From Macrostomum lignano (lineage: Eukaryota), in the NCBI GenBank assembly GCA_002269645.1, contig NIVC01001253.1, positions 248,001 to 312,000 of the forward strand: DNA of 64,000 bases, in the 5' to 3' direction. The notes beneath the pieces are model-generated. The model did not search any database. It saw only the letters and a program-made list of their open reading frames with translations, and was not told the origin of the DNA. Below, piece after piece: positions 63,552 through 64,000 of the stretch (the stretch's first letter is position 1; every line of letters begins with the position of its first letter). The position numbers and the translations under genes were made by a program.

Positions 63552-64000
63552 ACGAATCGAACCAAAATCGACGATATGTTTCCGGCGCAATTGGACAACG
63601 CTGACGAAGCTGCGCCACCGCCTGACGACGAAGAGGAAACTCCTCGGGCGCCACCAACCCCCTCTGAATCTGGTTCTCGTCCAGGTACGGCCCGCAGTCA
63701 GCGGCAGCAGCAGCGACGGCGGCAGCAGTTCGGTCTCGAGTGGCAACGGCCGAAGACTCCGGCAGGTTCAGGGAGGTCATCGGCGACGCCGCGCAAGCAG
63801 CAGCAGCACAAGCTGACGGCAGCGGCCACGGGTGGCCTATCTGCACTTCTGGCGCGCCAGTCGATGATGTCAACGATGGAATCCTCATCGAGTCAGCAGG
63901 AGCGCAGCTTCTTGATGATGGGCGTTGAGGACAAATCGGCGAACGCGACCTCTTCGTCCAATGCAACTCGTCGTCAGGGCAACGTCGCCCCCTGGAGCTC
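63552..64000 (+). CDS. ZBBX: ZBBX-like low-complexity exon, truncated by window end
   Basis: Acceptor TTTTCGCAG|, phase 0, open to the window edge (TNRTKIDDMFPAQLDNADEAAPPPDDEEETPR...). Missing from the ORF track because no stop is reached. Confidence 0.65.

Overview
Intron-rich animal genomic DNA, not prokaryotic: no operons, CRISPR arrays, rRNA or tRNA genes were seen. GC-rich exons with polyQ/A/G tracts, introns packed with minisatellites and an RTE-like fragment suggest a macrostomorph flatworm such as Macrostomum (inference only). Four genes were reconstructed by hand from GT-AG sites, exon phases and recalled family motifs. (1) A teneurin on the minus strand, ~46.1 kb to 3.9 kb and continuing past the left edge: 14 exons plus one candidate, with intracellular domain, TM, Ig-like, 8 EGF, FN-plug, NHL and first YD repeats. 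(2) An intronless secreted Tyr/Gly/Lys/Asp heptad-repeat protein (47425-48348, minus) with a TATA box, a candidate DOPA eggshell or cement precursor. (3) MOSPD1 (two coding exons, minus). (4) ZBBX (five exons seen, plus, running off the right edge). Nearly every longer intron holds its own tandem array, often starting 10-40 nt from a splice site, and one array repeats a splice donor seven times. Also present: tRNA-derived SINEs, a hAT MITE with an 8-bp TSD, a TIR-bounded element with a nested LINE fragment, and degenerate inverted arms in an AT-rich island. Most long ORFs in the supplied track are artefacts of tandem repeats. Repeat boundaries are approximate and nothing was checked against a database.
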